A stretch of DNA of 40,192 nt from Methanobrevibacter sp. (GTDB lineage: Archaea; Methanobacteriota; Methanobacteria; Methanobacteriales; Methanobacteriaceae): contig JBJEIL010000084.1 of NCBI GenBank assembly GCA_051876995.1, positions 1 to 40,192 of the forward strand. The letters are read 5' to 3'. The notes under the pieces were generated by a model. The model searched no databases and was not told the DNA's origin. It worked only from the letters and a program-made list of their open reading frames with translations. This document shows, piece after piece, positions 10,542 through 19,911 of the stretch. Every line of letters starts with the position of its first letter. The stretch's first letter is position 1. A program made the translations under genes and the position numbers.

Positions 10542-10703
10542 ATGCCTAAAAAGGAAAAAAAATACGACATGCCACAGACTGGTGCAGGATTAGTTAGATA
10601 TTTCGATGAGGAAAGTGTTGGACCTAAACTTTCTCCTGAACAAGTTGTTATAATGACTATTATCTTAGCAATATTCTGTTTTGTTTTAAGATTCTCTGCT
10701 TAG
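10542..10703 (+). CDS. secG: Preprotein translocase subunit Sec61beta/SecG (not in ORF track)
   Basis: Manual translation gives MPKKEKKYDMPQTGAGLVRYFDEESVGPKLSPEQVVIMTIILAIFCFVLRFSA* (53 aa), with the archaeal Sec61beta GAGLVRYFDEE motif and a C-terminal TM helix. GGTGAT RBS. Confidence 0.95.
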   Translation: MPKKEKKYDMPQTGAGLVRYFDEESVGPKLSPEQVVIMTIILAIFCFVLRFSA

Positions 10704-10861
10704 ATTTTAGATTATTCTTAAGTAAGAGATTTTTATAGTTTTTTTTAAATCCATTAATTAGGGTTTAATTTTTAAAACCATTGACTATTATTCTTAAATC
10801 ATGTTTAAACTTTTTATGATATTAAGAACAATAATTTAAAACTTATTTATTTATATCTTAT

Positions 10862-10936
10862 GCTCCGTTAGTGTAGTCCGGCCAATCATTGCGGTCTCTC
10901 GAACCGCGGACTCGGGTTCGAATCCCGAACGGAGCA
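10862..10936 (+). tRNA. tRNA-Glu (anticodon CTC)
   Basis: Acceptor stem GCTCCGT/ACGGAGC plus discriminator A, anticodon arm GCGGT-CTCTCGA-ACCGC, T-arm TCGGG-TTCGAAT-CCCGA. CCA not encoded. Confidence 0.96.
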
Positions 10937-11046
10937 CTATTAAAATACTATTCTGATTTTATTTAAATGGATTTTTATTTTTGAATCTTATTTTATCTGT
11001 TTAATATTTATAATGTTTATTTAAGAAAAATAGATGCTTATTTTAG

Positions 11047-11223
11047 TTTAATATTTGAAAGTAGTTTAATATTTATTTAAAAAAAGTAAAATCTTATTTT
11101 TCTTAACGTTTTTAATAATTGAATTCTATTTTATTTAAATAGAATCTATTTTATTTTAATATTTTAAAGGTAGTTTAAGTTTTATTTAATAAGATGGAAT
11201 CTTATTTTTTCTAATGTTTTTAA
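11047..11223. repeat. Degenerate ~69-bp direct repeat, 2 copies about 108 bp apart
   Basis: 11047-11115 TTTAATATTTGAAAGTAGTTTAATATTTATTTAA...AATCTTATTTTTCTTAACGTTTTTAA versus 11155-11223 TTTAATATTTTAAAGGTAGTTTAAGTTTTATTTAA...AATCTTATTTTTTCTAATGTTTTTAA. Confidence 0.65.
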
Positions 11224-11315
11224 AAGAATAATGGTTAATATTAATTCTATAAGAAGTGATTGTTTATATCTTGATTATTAAAAAAGGTATTTTAGAAGAT
11301 TAATATTAAATCCTC

Positions 11316-11975
11316 TTATTCTATTTTATCTTTTAGTTTTGTAAATCCGTTAATAATTCCATTAATAGATCTTAAAACTATTTTCCATTTTATAAATGAT
11401 AATACTTTTCTTGGTTTTGACTTTTCAAATAAGAACCTTGTAAATTTAAGATTACTTACTTTTAATCCATTCCAATCATAGTATTCTCCTACAGTTTGAA
11501 TACCTTCGGTTGTATGTATTGCCATTTTGTTTATTCCATCATCAAACCATTTCACGATTTCCTTTGTTAGTGGAATGTCTACATGATTTATGACGTCCTT
11601 CCAGAATATGTATGCATCACTATATGGTGAATTATTTTCGGGTTCAAATGATTTTAATTCTCCATTATGGTAGAATAACTGTTTAGATTCTCCACTTAAT
11701 CTATTTTCCTCACCAATAGGGAATGGATGGCACATTTCAGCATTATTTGGTCCAGAAGTTCCATATCTAAAGTGAATGATAGCCTCGATTGGGTATAGTT
11801 CTTTGATGATTTCTTCAATCTCATCCCAGTCAGTTAAACCTTTTCTCCAAACAAGCATATCTTCCTTTGGATCATAGTAACTAATACCTACTCCATGAGG
11901 ATTCTGTTTATACATCGCCTCAATATCCTCTCTAGAAACACCAGTATTTGGTGGTTTAATAACAATTACACACAT
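11316..11975 (-). CDS. Stand-alone class II glutamine amidotransferase / Ntn-hydrolase domain protein
   Basis: Begins Met-Cys (N-terminal nucleophile). NPHGVG, HFRYGT, CHPF, HNG and SD motifs. No synthase domain attached. Confidence 0.85.
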   Translation of the reverse strand: MCVIVIKPPNTGVSREDIEAMYKQNPHGVGISYYDPKEDMLVWRKGLTDWDEIEEIIKELYPIEAIIHFRYGTSGPNNAEMCHPFPIGEENRLSGESKQLFYHNGELKSFEPENNSPYSDAYIFWKDVINHVDIPLTKEIVKWFDDGINKMAIHTTEGIQTVGEYYDWNGLKVSNLKFTRFLFEKSKPRKVLSFIKWKIVLRSINGIINGFTKLKDKIE

Positions 11976-12312
11976 TTTATAAAACTTCCTTAAATTACTT
12001 AGATATAATCTTATAGTTTATAATTAATTACTTTATCTTAGTATATTAATATTCTTTAAATTACTGTTTCTTTTTATAAACCTTTAAAATAGCTAATTAT
12101 ATTTATTCTAAAAAATAGACATATAATTATATATTATTTTGTAAATCTTTTTTTACAAAAATATGTGTTTAAAAGCTTAAAATTAGATTTGATTTTTTAA
12201 TCTAATAAAATATCTAATTTTTTTAAGTATTTTTTAAATTTAATTGTTTAATACATTTTAAATTTTAAATATTTAAAATTATTTTAATTAATTTATTGAG
12301 TGAAGTGTTATA

Positions 12313-13662
12313 ATGGCTATACATCCTATTGAATTTAGATATGGAACTCCTGAAATGAAAAGAATTTGGGATTATGAGAATAAATTACAAAGAATGTTAG
12401 ATGTTGAATCTGCATTGGCTCAAGCTGAGGCTAGTATTGGAATTATTTCCAAGGAAACTGCAGATGAAATCTCATCTAAAGCTAGTACTAAATATGTTAA
12501 ACTTGAAAGGGTAAATGAAATTGAAGCTGCCAAGAAACATGATATTGCATCTATGGTTCAAGGACTTGCAGAACAATGTGAAGGAGATGCAGGAGAATAT
12601 GTGCATTTCGGAGCAACTTCAAATGATATTGTAGATACCTCAAACTCTTTAATGATTAGAGATTCAATTGATGTCCTTGAAGATAAAATAATTAAGTTAA
12701 CTAATATCTTACTTGACTTAGCAAAAGAAAATAAAAATAAGGTTTGTATTGGACGTACTCATGGTCAACATGCAATTCCAACTACATATGGTATGAAATT
12801 TGCTAATTGGGCTGCAGAACTTAAAAGACAATATGATAGATTGGAACATGCAAGAGGTAATGTATGTGTAAGTATGTTGGATGGTGCAGTTGGAACCACT
12901 GCAGCATTAGGTCCTCAAGGTTGGGAAATCCATAAGAAAGTTGCGGAAGAATTGAATTTACCTCCTGCTACAATTACAAATCAGGTTGTACAAAGGGATA
13001 ATCATGCTGAATTTATTATGGCAATTGCTAATTTAGCATCTACCTTAACAAAGATTGCACTTGAAATTAGAAACCTTCAAAGAACTGAAATCATGGAGGT
13101 TGGAGAGTATTTCGATCCTAAAAAACAGGTAGGTAGTAGTACAATGCCTCATAAAATGAACCCTATTACTGCTGAAAGAATCTGCGGAATCTCAAGAATT
13201 GTAAAATCCTATGTTGCACCTGCTTTGGAAAACAATCCATTATGGCATGAAAGGGATTTAACTAACTCCTCATGTGAAAGAATCATGTTTCCTGAAGCAT
13301 GTATCCTAAGTGACTATACTTTGGAACTTACAATTAAACTTATGAGTAACCTTGTCTTTTATGACGATAATATTGAGAAAAACCTCAATTTAACTCATGG
13401 TTTAGTCATGGCTGAAAGATTAATGGCTGAACTTACAAGGGCAGGAATGGGTAAACAAACTGCATATGCACTTGTAAGGGAAAATGCTATTAAGGCTAAT
13501 CAAGAACATCTTTTACTTGGAGATTTAATCTTAGAAGATGAAGAAGCAAGTAAATATTTATCTAAAGAGGAAGTTCAAAAGATTATGGATCCTCATACCT
13601 ATACAGGTTCAGCAGGAATTATTGTGGATGAGATTTTAGAATCCTCTAAAGACTGGTTCTAA
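12313..13662 (+). CDS. purB: Adenylosuccinate lyase
   Basis: HFGATSNDI, GRTHGQHA, the signature GSSTMPHKMNP and HERDL. Confidence 0.97.
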   Translation: MAIHPIEFRYGTPEMKRIWDYENKLQRMLDVESALAQAEASIGIISKETADEISSKASTKYVKLERVNEIEAAKKHDIASMVQGLAEQCEGDAGEYVHFGATSNDIVDTSNSLMIRDSIDVLEDKIIKLTNILLDLAKENKNKVCIGRTHGQHAIPTTYGMKFANWAAELKRQYDRLEHARGNVCVSMLDGAVGTTAALGPQGWEIHKKVAEELNLPPATITNQVVQRDNHAEFIMAIANLASTLTKIALEIRNLQRTEIMEVGEYFDPKKQVGSSTMPHKMNPITAERICGISRIVKSYVAPALENNPLWHERDLTNSSCERIMFPEACILSDYTLELTIKLMSNLVFYDDNIEKNLNLTHGLVMAERLMAELTRAGMGKQTAYALVRENAIKANQEHLLLGDLILEDEEASKYLSKEEVQKIMDPHTYTGSAGIIVDEILESSKDWF

Positions 13663-13686
13663 ATCCCATTATCTTGTAGTAAATTG

Positions 13687-13766
13687 GATTTCAAAATATT
13701 TTATAATATTGCTCTTATTTTTATAAAATTTAGGAAAATGAGTAATATCTTAAAATATTTTAAATC
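13687..13766. repeat. Long imperfect inverted repeat (~80-nt hairpin) after purB
   Basis: GATTTCAAAATATTTTATAATATTGCTC pairs with GAGTAATATCTTAAAATATTTTAAATC (one bulge, one 2x2 mismatch, one G-U). Followed by TTTT. Confidence 0.55.
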
Positions 13767-13939
13767 TTTTCGGATTATTTATCAAAAGATTAATATTGTA
13801 TGAAAAATACTAATTATAATATTTATTTAAATATTCTTATTTTAATGAAATCTTTAATTTATTAGATAGATTGTCTAAGATTTTCAGCGTATTTAAATAA
13901 ATTCAATAAAATTTTCTTTATAATTAAAAGGTGAAAAAA

Positions 13940-14788
13940 ATGGTAAACACAAAAGAACTTAGTTCTATTGAATTGTCTTCCTTAACAACCATTGGAATGG
14001 GAATTTATGTTTTAATCAGTGTTATCCTTGCAGTTATTGCTTTTATAGCTCTTATGATTATAGGTGGCTCATCAGCTATTACTACTGGTTTAATGCTTAT
14101 TCCAATGATTATCTTTGGGGCAATTTTATATAGTATTGTTCACTTCTTTGGAAGAGGTTATCTTTATAATATTCTTGTAACTAGGTTAAATGCTATTGAT
14201 TTTGATATTGAAGAAGGTGAGATAACTAGGATAAACCCTATATCTACCTCACTTGTTATTGGGGTTATTAGTTTAATCTGTTTTATTATCGTTTATACAT
14301 TGGCATACTTAGTTGTACCTGGATTTGCAAGTTCTGTTCTACAAACATTGATGGCATCTGGACAGATGAATTTAGCATTAATTGTATATAACTTTTTAGT
14401 GTTAATGTTAAGTCCACAATTCTTTATTGCTTGTATACTATTATCTTTTGTCCTAACTTTCATATTCGTATGTTTACAAATCTATGTTTATAATTATATT
14501 TCTCCAAAAGTTGGTGGAATTATGGTGGACTTTAAAGATGAAGGTAAGTATACATCACTTAAATATGTTGATCCTAAAAGTGCTGCAATTATAGTTTCAA
14601 TTTGTTCTTTAGTTGTAGATGTAATTGTTTCTATTGCAATGTTGGCAATAAATCATGCTGCAGTATTATATTCATTATATAATATTATTTCCGGATTTGT
14701 TATAACATTTGTTTTAGTTTTCCTAATGGCTTATTTCTACAATTACTTAGCTCCAAAAATGGGTCAACTTAAACTTGAATTAGAATAA
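13940..14788 (+). CDS. Uncharacterised multi-pass membrane protein with three internal repeats (DUF3566-like)
   Basis: Hydrophobic. Three units ending YLYNILVTRLNAIDFD, YVYNYISPKVGGIMVD and YFYNYLAPKMGQLKLE. Start at ATG 13940 after an AGGTGA RBS. Confidence 0.8.
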   Translation: MVNTKELSSIELSSLTTIGMGIYVLISVILAVIAFIALMIIGGSSAITTGLMLIPMIIFGAILYSIVHFFGRGYLYNILVTRLNAIDFDIEEGEITRINPISTSLVIGVISLICFIIVYTLAYLVVPGFASSVLQTLMASGQMNLALIVYNFLVLMLSPQFFIACILLSFVLTFIFVCLQIYVYNYISPKVGGIMVDFKDEGKYTSLKYVDPKSAAIIVSICSLVVDVIVSIAMLAINHAAVLYSLYNIISGFVITFVLVFLMAYFYNYLAPKMGQLKLELE

Positions 14789-15253
14789 ATATGACTTTAT
14801 TCTATTTTTTTATTTTTTTATATCTGCTTCTTAGCTATTCTTAAATCAATATGTTCTATTTCTATAAAACTTTAATACTATACTATTTTAAGTTTTATTT
14901 ATCTATACATCTTATGGTCAATTTCTTATTAAATTTTAACTTGTATTGATTAGATTGAAATTGATTATTTTTTATTTAATGAAATCTGAAAAATAGTATT
15001 TTTTATAGATTGTGCTTTTGTTATAGTCAATTGAAATTTTCTAGCTATTTTTAAAATTTTTAAGATAAATTTCTCGAATTGATATTTTAAAATATTGTTA
15101 AACTATCGGATTATTAGACTATTAAATAACTGGTTTAATAATTGATGTAAGTTAAAAATTAGATAATTGGAAGTTTATAATAAAAATAGGTTATTAATAA
15201 TTTAATTTAAATTGATTGATTAGAAAAATAAGTTAAACAATGGATTAAATAGT

Positions 15254-16948
15254 TTAAAATTTATCCATTTCATTAAGGGGCATTGATGTTTCCATTGCTT
15301 TTATCTCAATATCTATGCCTTTTTCTCTAATGGCCGCTATGGTATTTAATCCACTACCTGCAACAACACCAAATTTGTAATTGTTTACCTGTGCATTATA
15401 GACCATTTCTCTAGGTTTACCTATTTTTAGAACTGATAAGTCTTTTTTAGATAGTTCCTTTAATATTTCATTACTTTGGTATTGTGCAATGTTCGGAATT
15501 TCCTTAATTGATGCAAGAAGTCTTCTAGAACCTGTCTCATCTTTATTGATAGCAGTTAAATCTTTAAGTATGAATATCTTATGGGGATCTATTGAAGAAC
15601 CGTTATATGATATTAATTCAATAAATGATGATTTATCATTAACCTCCAGTAATCCGCCATATTTAGGTTTACACATAATGCCGTTTTTGATTAATATCCC
15701 GTCAATAGATAAACTGCATACAGTTGCAATTCCTATTCTATCATGGTTTTTGTTATCTTCAACAATTTTATAATATGGTGTAATATATTCAGGACAATCT
15801 TTGTAGGTATTTTTAATGACCTTTAGAGAATCATCTAGATCTTCTTTATTTACATAGGATATGTCTGCAATAATATTTCCATCGCCGGTTTCCATATCAT
15901 AATCTACCTCCTCAATAAGGTTCCATGATTTTGATAGGAAGAACGGTATTTTGTTATATTGTTTATGGGGGTTTACACTTCTTAATATTGAATTAGTTTT
16001 TTTAGTAACAGGTTTTAAATTAGTATAATCCTCTAATTCCTCACCTAATTTAATGTTTACATCGTAATCCAATTCCTTTGCAACACAGAATGGTGTTATT
16101 CCTCCTGCTATAGCTATTCCTATAAAGTCTTCAGGAACTGGTACACCAAGAATATTTTCTCCTTTCTTACCTATTGCAATAATTCCATTAATATTTGCCT
16201 GATTAAGTTTTTCAATAAGTTTTTTTGCTCTATTTCCTACTTTACCGGGAATTATTCTAAAGTTTGCAGGTATTGTTCCATTACCATTATCGATAACATT
16301 TAATACAGATGTCATGTTCTTTGCTATAAACGCATCAAGGGGGGTAATAGATGTTTTTTTATAGGAAATTAATTCCTTAAATCTTCGAGGTTCGTAATTT
16401 TTAACCTCAATGATTCCACCATATTGGGGTTGGGTAGCTATTCCGTTTTTAAGAAATACTCCATCTATTGTTGTTCCACAAATACTTTCAACGGTATATC
16501 CTTCCACACCATCAATCTTTTCTTTGTTAATCTGGATTCTAGGACTAACTGCAATTCCAGTTTCAAATGCTTTTTTAATAATATCAAGTGCTTCTTTATC
16601 TAAAACATTTGATTTATTAACAATAACATTTCCAGTTTTTGTATATGGATTAAAAGTAGTTTGATAAATATAATTCTCGAATTTTGAATAGGTAAAATCT
16701 ATTTCATCATAGACAAGTCCTTTCTCAATACGTGACCTGCCTAGGTCTGTAATTTCTCTACCAGAATAACCAATCTTCTTCGTATAACCCTTCTCATCAA
16801 GAATTTTCATGTGGTAACGTACGGCACGTTCACCTAAATTAAATCCTCTGTTATTCAATTCATTAGCGATGACTTTTGAACCTGTTGGTTTTTCTTGTTG
16901 GTCTAGGATTCTTAGGATTTCTATCATCCTATTTTCTGATTCAGACAT
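15254..16948 (-). CDS. nrpR: Global nitrogen repressor NrpR (wHTH plus two DUF128/NRD domains)
   Basis: EILRIL...GSK.IA.EL..RG..LGERAVRYH N-terminus, two repeats containing (S/T)(I/V)C..(T/S)IDG...KNG...YGG, and matching operators elsewhere in the window. Confidence 0.95.
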   Translation of the reverse strand: MSESENRMIEILRILDQQEKPTGSKVIANELNNRGFNLGERAVRYHMKILDEKGYTKKIGYSGREITDLGRSRIEKGLVYDEIDFTYSKFENYIYQTTFNPYTKTGNVIVNKSNVLDKEALDIIKKAFETGIAVSPRIQINKEKIDGVEGYTVESICGTTIDGVFLKNGIATQPQYGGIIEVKNYEPRRFKELISYKKTSITPLDAFIAKNMTSVLNVIDNGNGTIPANFRIIPGKVGNRAKKLIEKLNQANINGIIAIGKKGENILGVPVPEDFIGIAIAGGITPFCVAKELDYDVNIKLGEELEDYTNLKPVTKKTNSILRSVNPHKQYNKIPFFLSKSWNLIEEVDYDMETGDGNIIADISYVNKEDLDDSLKVIKNTYKDCPEYITPYYKIVEDNKNHDRIGIATVCSLSIDGILIKNGIMCKPKYGGLLEVNDKSSFIELISYNGSSIDPHKIFILKDLTAINKDETGSRRLLASIKEIPNIAQYQSNEILKELSKKDLSVLKIGKPREMVYNAQVNNYKFGVVAGSGLNTIAAIREKGIDIEIKAMETSMPLNEMDKF

Positions 16949-17097
16949 ATGACTCCCTTATCTAAAATATTATTTTATATTCTCATCAAGTTTACTTCCT
17001 TATAATTAGAAATTAGATTAAAAAAAGCCCAAAAATAAAATAAAAAAATTATAGGTACTGGTTTAAAAAAATTAAAAAAATATGAATTTTAAGAAAC

Positions 17098-18438
17098 TTA
17101 TACGTCTAAGTATCTATTATGTTCATATCCAAAGACTTGTACTCTGTAATCATCCCATTCAGCGTATTTGCTTTCAAGGAATTTTTGAGATATGTGATCA
17201 CCTAAAGAATTCATAATAATAGGATCCTCTTCAAGTGAATGGTAAGCTTCCCATAAACTTGCAGGTAATACTTTAATACCTCTTTCTTCACGTTCTTCTG
17301 GAGTTAGTTTGTAAATGTTAACTTCAGTAGGGTCACCTGGGTCAATTTTATTGTTAATACCATCCATACCTGCTGCTAACATTGCAGAGAATGCTAAGTA
17401 TGGGTTACATGCTGGATCAGGTGCTCTGTATTCGATACGTGTAGCTTTTCCACGTGCTGCAGGAACTCTAACAAGTGCAGATCTGTTTTTAAGACCATAT
17501 GCTCTGTATACAGGTGCTTCATAACCTGGTACTAAACGTTTGTAAGAGTTTACAATTGGGTTAGTTACAGCAGTAAGTGCTGGTGCGTGTTCTAATAAAC
17601 CACCAATGAAGTAAAGTGCATCTTGTGATAAACCTGTTTCAGTGCTATCATCAGAGAATAAGTTTTCGCCGTTTTTGAATAAACTTTGGTGACAGTGCAT
17701 TCCACTACCGTTTTCGCCGAAGAATGGTTTAGGCATAAATGTTACCCTGTAATCCATTTCATCAAATGCTGCCATATTAGCAACAATAGCTTTAATTGCG
17801 GTTTTGAAAGTAACTACTGCATCTGCAGTTTTAAGTGCATCATCAAATTTGAATGCAATTTCGTTTTGACCTGGACCTACTTCGTGGTGACTTGCTTCTA
17901 CTTCAAATCCTAATTTTTGTAAGTTAAAGGTAATTTCTCTTCTGAAATCAGGACCTTTGTCTGTAGGTTCCATATCGAAGTAAGTTGCATTATCATAAGG
18001 TAATGGATTACCGTTTTCGTCCATTTTAACAATAAAGAATTCTGGTTCTGGTCCAATATTATATTTTAATCCTTTTTTACCAATTTCACCTAATTGTTTT
18101 TTAAGTTGGCTTCTTGGATCTCCAGCAAATGGTTTTCCATCGGTGTTGTAAATATCACAAATAAATCTGCATACTGCTGAATCATCTGGTCTCCATGGTA
18201 ATCTGGAATAGGTACTTATATCGGGTTTTAAGATAAGATCACTTTCATTGATTTCAACGAATCCGTCAATAGATGATCCGTCAAATAATGTACCATTTGT
18301 AAATAAGTCTTCCATATCTGTACTTGGAGGTAATGAAACGTTTTGTGGTTTACCATTGATATCTACAAATTGTAATCTAACGAAAACAATTTCATCTTTC
18401 TCCATTTGTTCCATTATTGCGTCTACTTCTTTTGTCAT
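17098..18438 (-). CDS. glnA: Glutamine synthetase, type I
   Basis: [56 protein letters not shown] and RIEYRAPD. Confidence 0.98.
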   Translation of the reverse strand: MTKEVDAIMEQMEKDEIVFVRLQFVDINGKPQNVSLPPSTDMEDLFTNGTLFDGSSIDGFVEINESDLILKPDISTYSRLPWRPDDSAVCRFICDIYNTDGKPFAGDPRSQLKKQLGEIGKKGLKYNIGPEPEFFIVKMDENGNPLPYDNATYFDMEPTDKGPDFRREITFNLQKLGFEVEASHHEVGPGQNEIAFKFDDALKTADAVVTFKTAIKAIVANMAAFDEMDYRVTFMPKPFFGENGSGMHCHQSLFKNGENLFSDDSTETGLSQDALYFIGGLLEHAPALTAVTNPIVNSYKRLVPGYEAPVYRAYGLKNRSALVRVPAARGKATRIEYRAPDPACNPYLAFSAMLAAGMDGINNKIDPGDPTEVNIYKLTPEEREERGIKVLPASLWEAYHSLEEDPIIMNSLGDHISQKFLESKYAEWDDYRVQVFGYEHNRYLDV

Positions 18439-18579
18439 TTTTATTCATCCTTTTAATGATAAAATAATAAAAATAAACTGTATTCATTAAAAATTTTAAA
18501 ATAAATCATACTCAATTTATATGAAATATTGGTGGTTTATTTTTAAAATTTTATAAACATTTTTTGATTATTATTCGCC

Positions 18580-18593
18580 GGAAAGTAACTTCC
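18580..18593. promoter_or_regulatory. NrpR operator of glnA (GGAA-N6-TTCC)
   Basis: GGAA-AGTAAC-TTCC is an exact match to the euryarchaeal NrpR operator and lies just downstream of the glnA TATA box. Confidence 0.9.
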
Positions 18594-18619
18594 TACTTAG
18601 ATAAGTTTAAATTTTTTAA

Positions 18620-18635
18620 TATATAAACTTTCTTA
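18620..18635 (-). promoter_or_regulatory. BRE/TATA promoter of glnA
   Basis: Minus strand reads AAGAAAG-TTTATATA, 26 nt upstream of the NrpR operator. Confidence 0.7.
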
Positions 18636-18973
18636 TTTTTCCAAAAATGAGTATGTTTATTTTTTTTAAAATATTTTAAGTGTTTGTCTTATTTTTTAAA
18701 TATTGTTTTAAATGTTTTTACTTTATTTTTGATTTTTACTTATTTTTTGAATTTTTTTTATTTTTCTGTAAATTTTCTGGAATATCTTTTTCCATAATAG
18801 GCAGGTTATTTTAGAAATAATTTGTAGATTGTTGAATAGTATAATAATTAATTAAATTTAAAAAATGGGTTATTGTCGTAAAAAAAATAAATTTTTAAAA
18901 AAAATAGGGATTAAATAATGTAATTTAAAGTTAATATTGATTTTATATGTTTGATCTATCTATTCATGATTAT

Positions 18974-19729
18974 CTAAAGCCCTATTAATTCAAAAGAGCT
19001 TAAGTCTAATAAATCAAAGGTTAATATTTCCGGAGCATATGTCACCTTTCCAACACCTGTAATTATTTTAAATGCTTCAAAGGCTTCTAAACTTCCTACT
19101 ATATTTGGTGTAGGTCCAATTACTGGTGGAACACCATGTGTTAGTTTATCTATTTCTTTAACCACATCATCATCCAATTCTTTTCCTTCGGAAGGTAAGT
19201 TAAATAGTTCCTCATATGTCTTTGGACTATCTGGTTTAAATACACTTACCTGACCTAATGTTCCATGGATTGCACCATGTATAAATGTCTTACCACTTTT
19301 TTTAGCATATCTGCTAATAATTATCCGTGTTTTAAGATTGTCTAGTGCATCTATGATAATATCTGCATCTTCCAATATGCTTCCCACATTGTCTTCGGTA
19401 ATCTCACAAACAACTGGCTCTACCTCAATATATGGGTTGATTAACCTTATTTTTTCTTCCGCAACCTTCGCTTTATCCTGTCTTAAAACATCAAGGCTAC
19501 TTAATAATTGTCTGTTTAAATTGGACATGTCAAAATAATCCTTATCTATAGCAATGATTTTTCCAACACCCATTCTAGCAAGCATTTGGATAACAGATCC
19601 TCCAATTCCACCACATCCAATTACCCCTATTGTTGCTTCTTTAAATCTTGTCTGTTGACTTCTTGATACAATGCTCATTTGTCTTGTAACAATGTCCCAG
19701 TATCCCATTCCTTTGTATCTTGTTGGCAT
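18974..19729 (-). CDS. ThiF/MoeB/HesA family E1-like adenylyltransferase
   Basis: RQ, IGCGGIG, D.D....SNLNRQ, K and DALDN..TR motifs. Zn-binding CxxC pairs are absent. Confidence 0.9.
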   Translation of the reverse strand: MPTRYKGMGYWDIVTRQMSIVSRSQQTRFKEATIGVIGCGGIGGSVIQMLARMGVGKIIAIDKDYFDMSNLNRQLLSSLDVLRQDKAKVAEEKIRLINPYIEVEPVVCEITEDNVGSILEDADIIIDALDNLKTRIIISRYAKKSGKTFIHGAIHGTLGQVSVFKPDSPKTYEELFNLPSEGKELDDDVVKEIDKLTHGVPPVIGPTPNIVGSLEAFEAFKIITGVGKVTYAPEILTFDLLDLSSFELIGL

Positions 19730-19911
19730 CTTATATCACATTTTCCATTATCTTTTATTGCTTTATAAACTTTATAATATTACAATTGTTATATTTTATC
19801 TATATTTATTTATATATTTAATATTTATATAATTTTACAAATCCTTTTTTAATTTTAAAAATATTCTAAGATATTTTTTATTTTTTTTCGGATGCTTTTA
19901 TGAAATATTAT

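Noticed and set aside
10862-12312. Possible integrated element at tRNA-Glu
   Set aside because: No integrase and no duplicated tRNA 3' end were found; only one accessory gene is present.
18779-18793. GGAA-N7-TTCC upstream of the glnA promoter
   Set aside because: The spacer is 7 nt rather than 6 and the site is ~150 nt upstream of the TATA box. It could be an auxiliary site but is unsupported.
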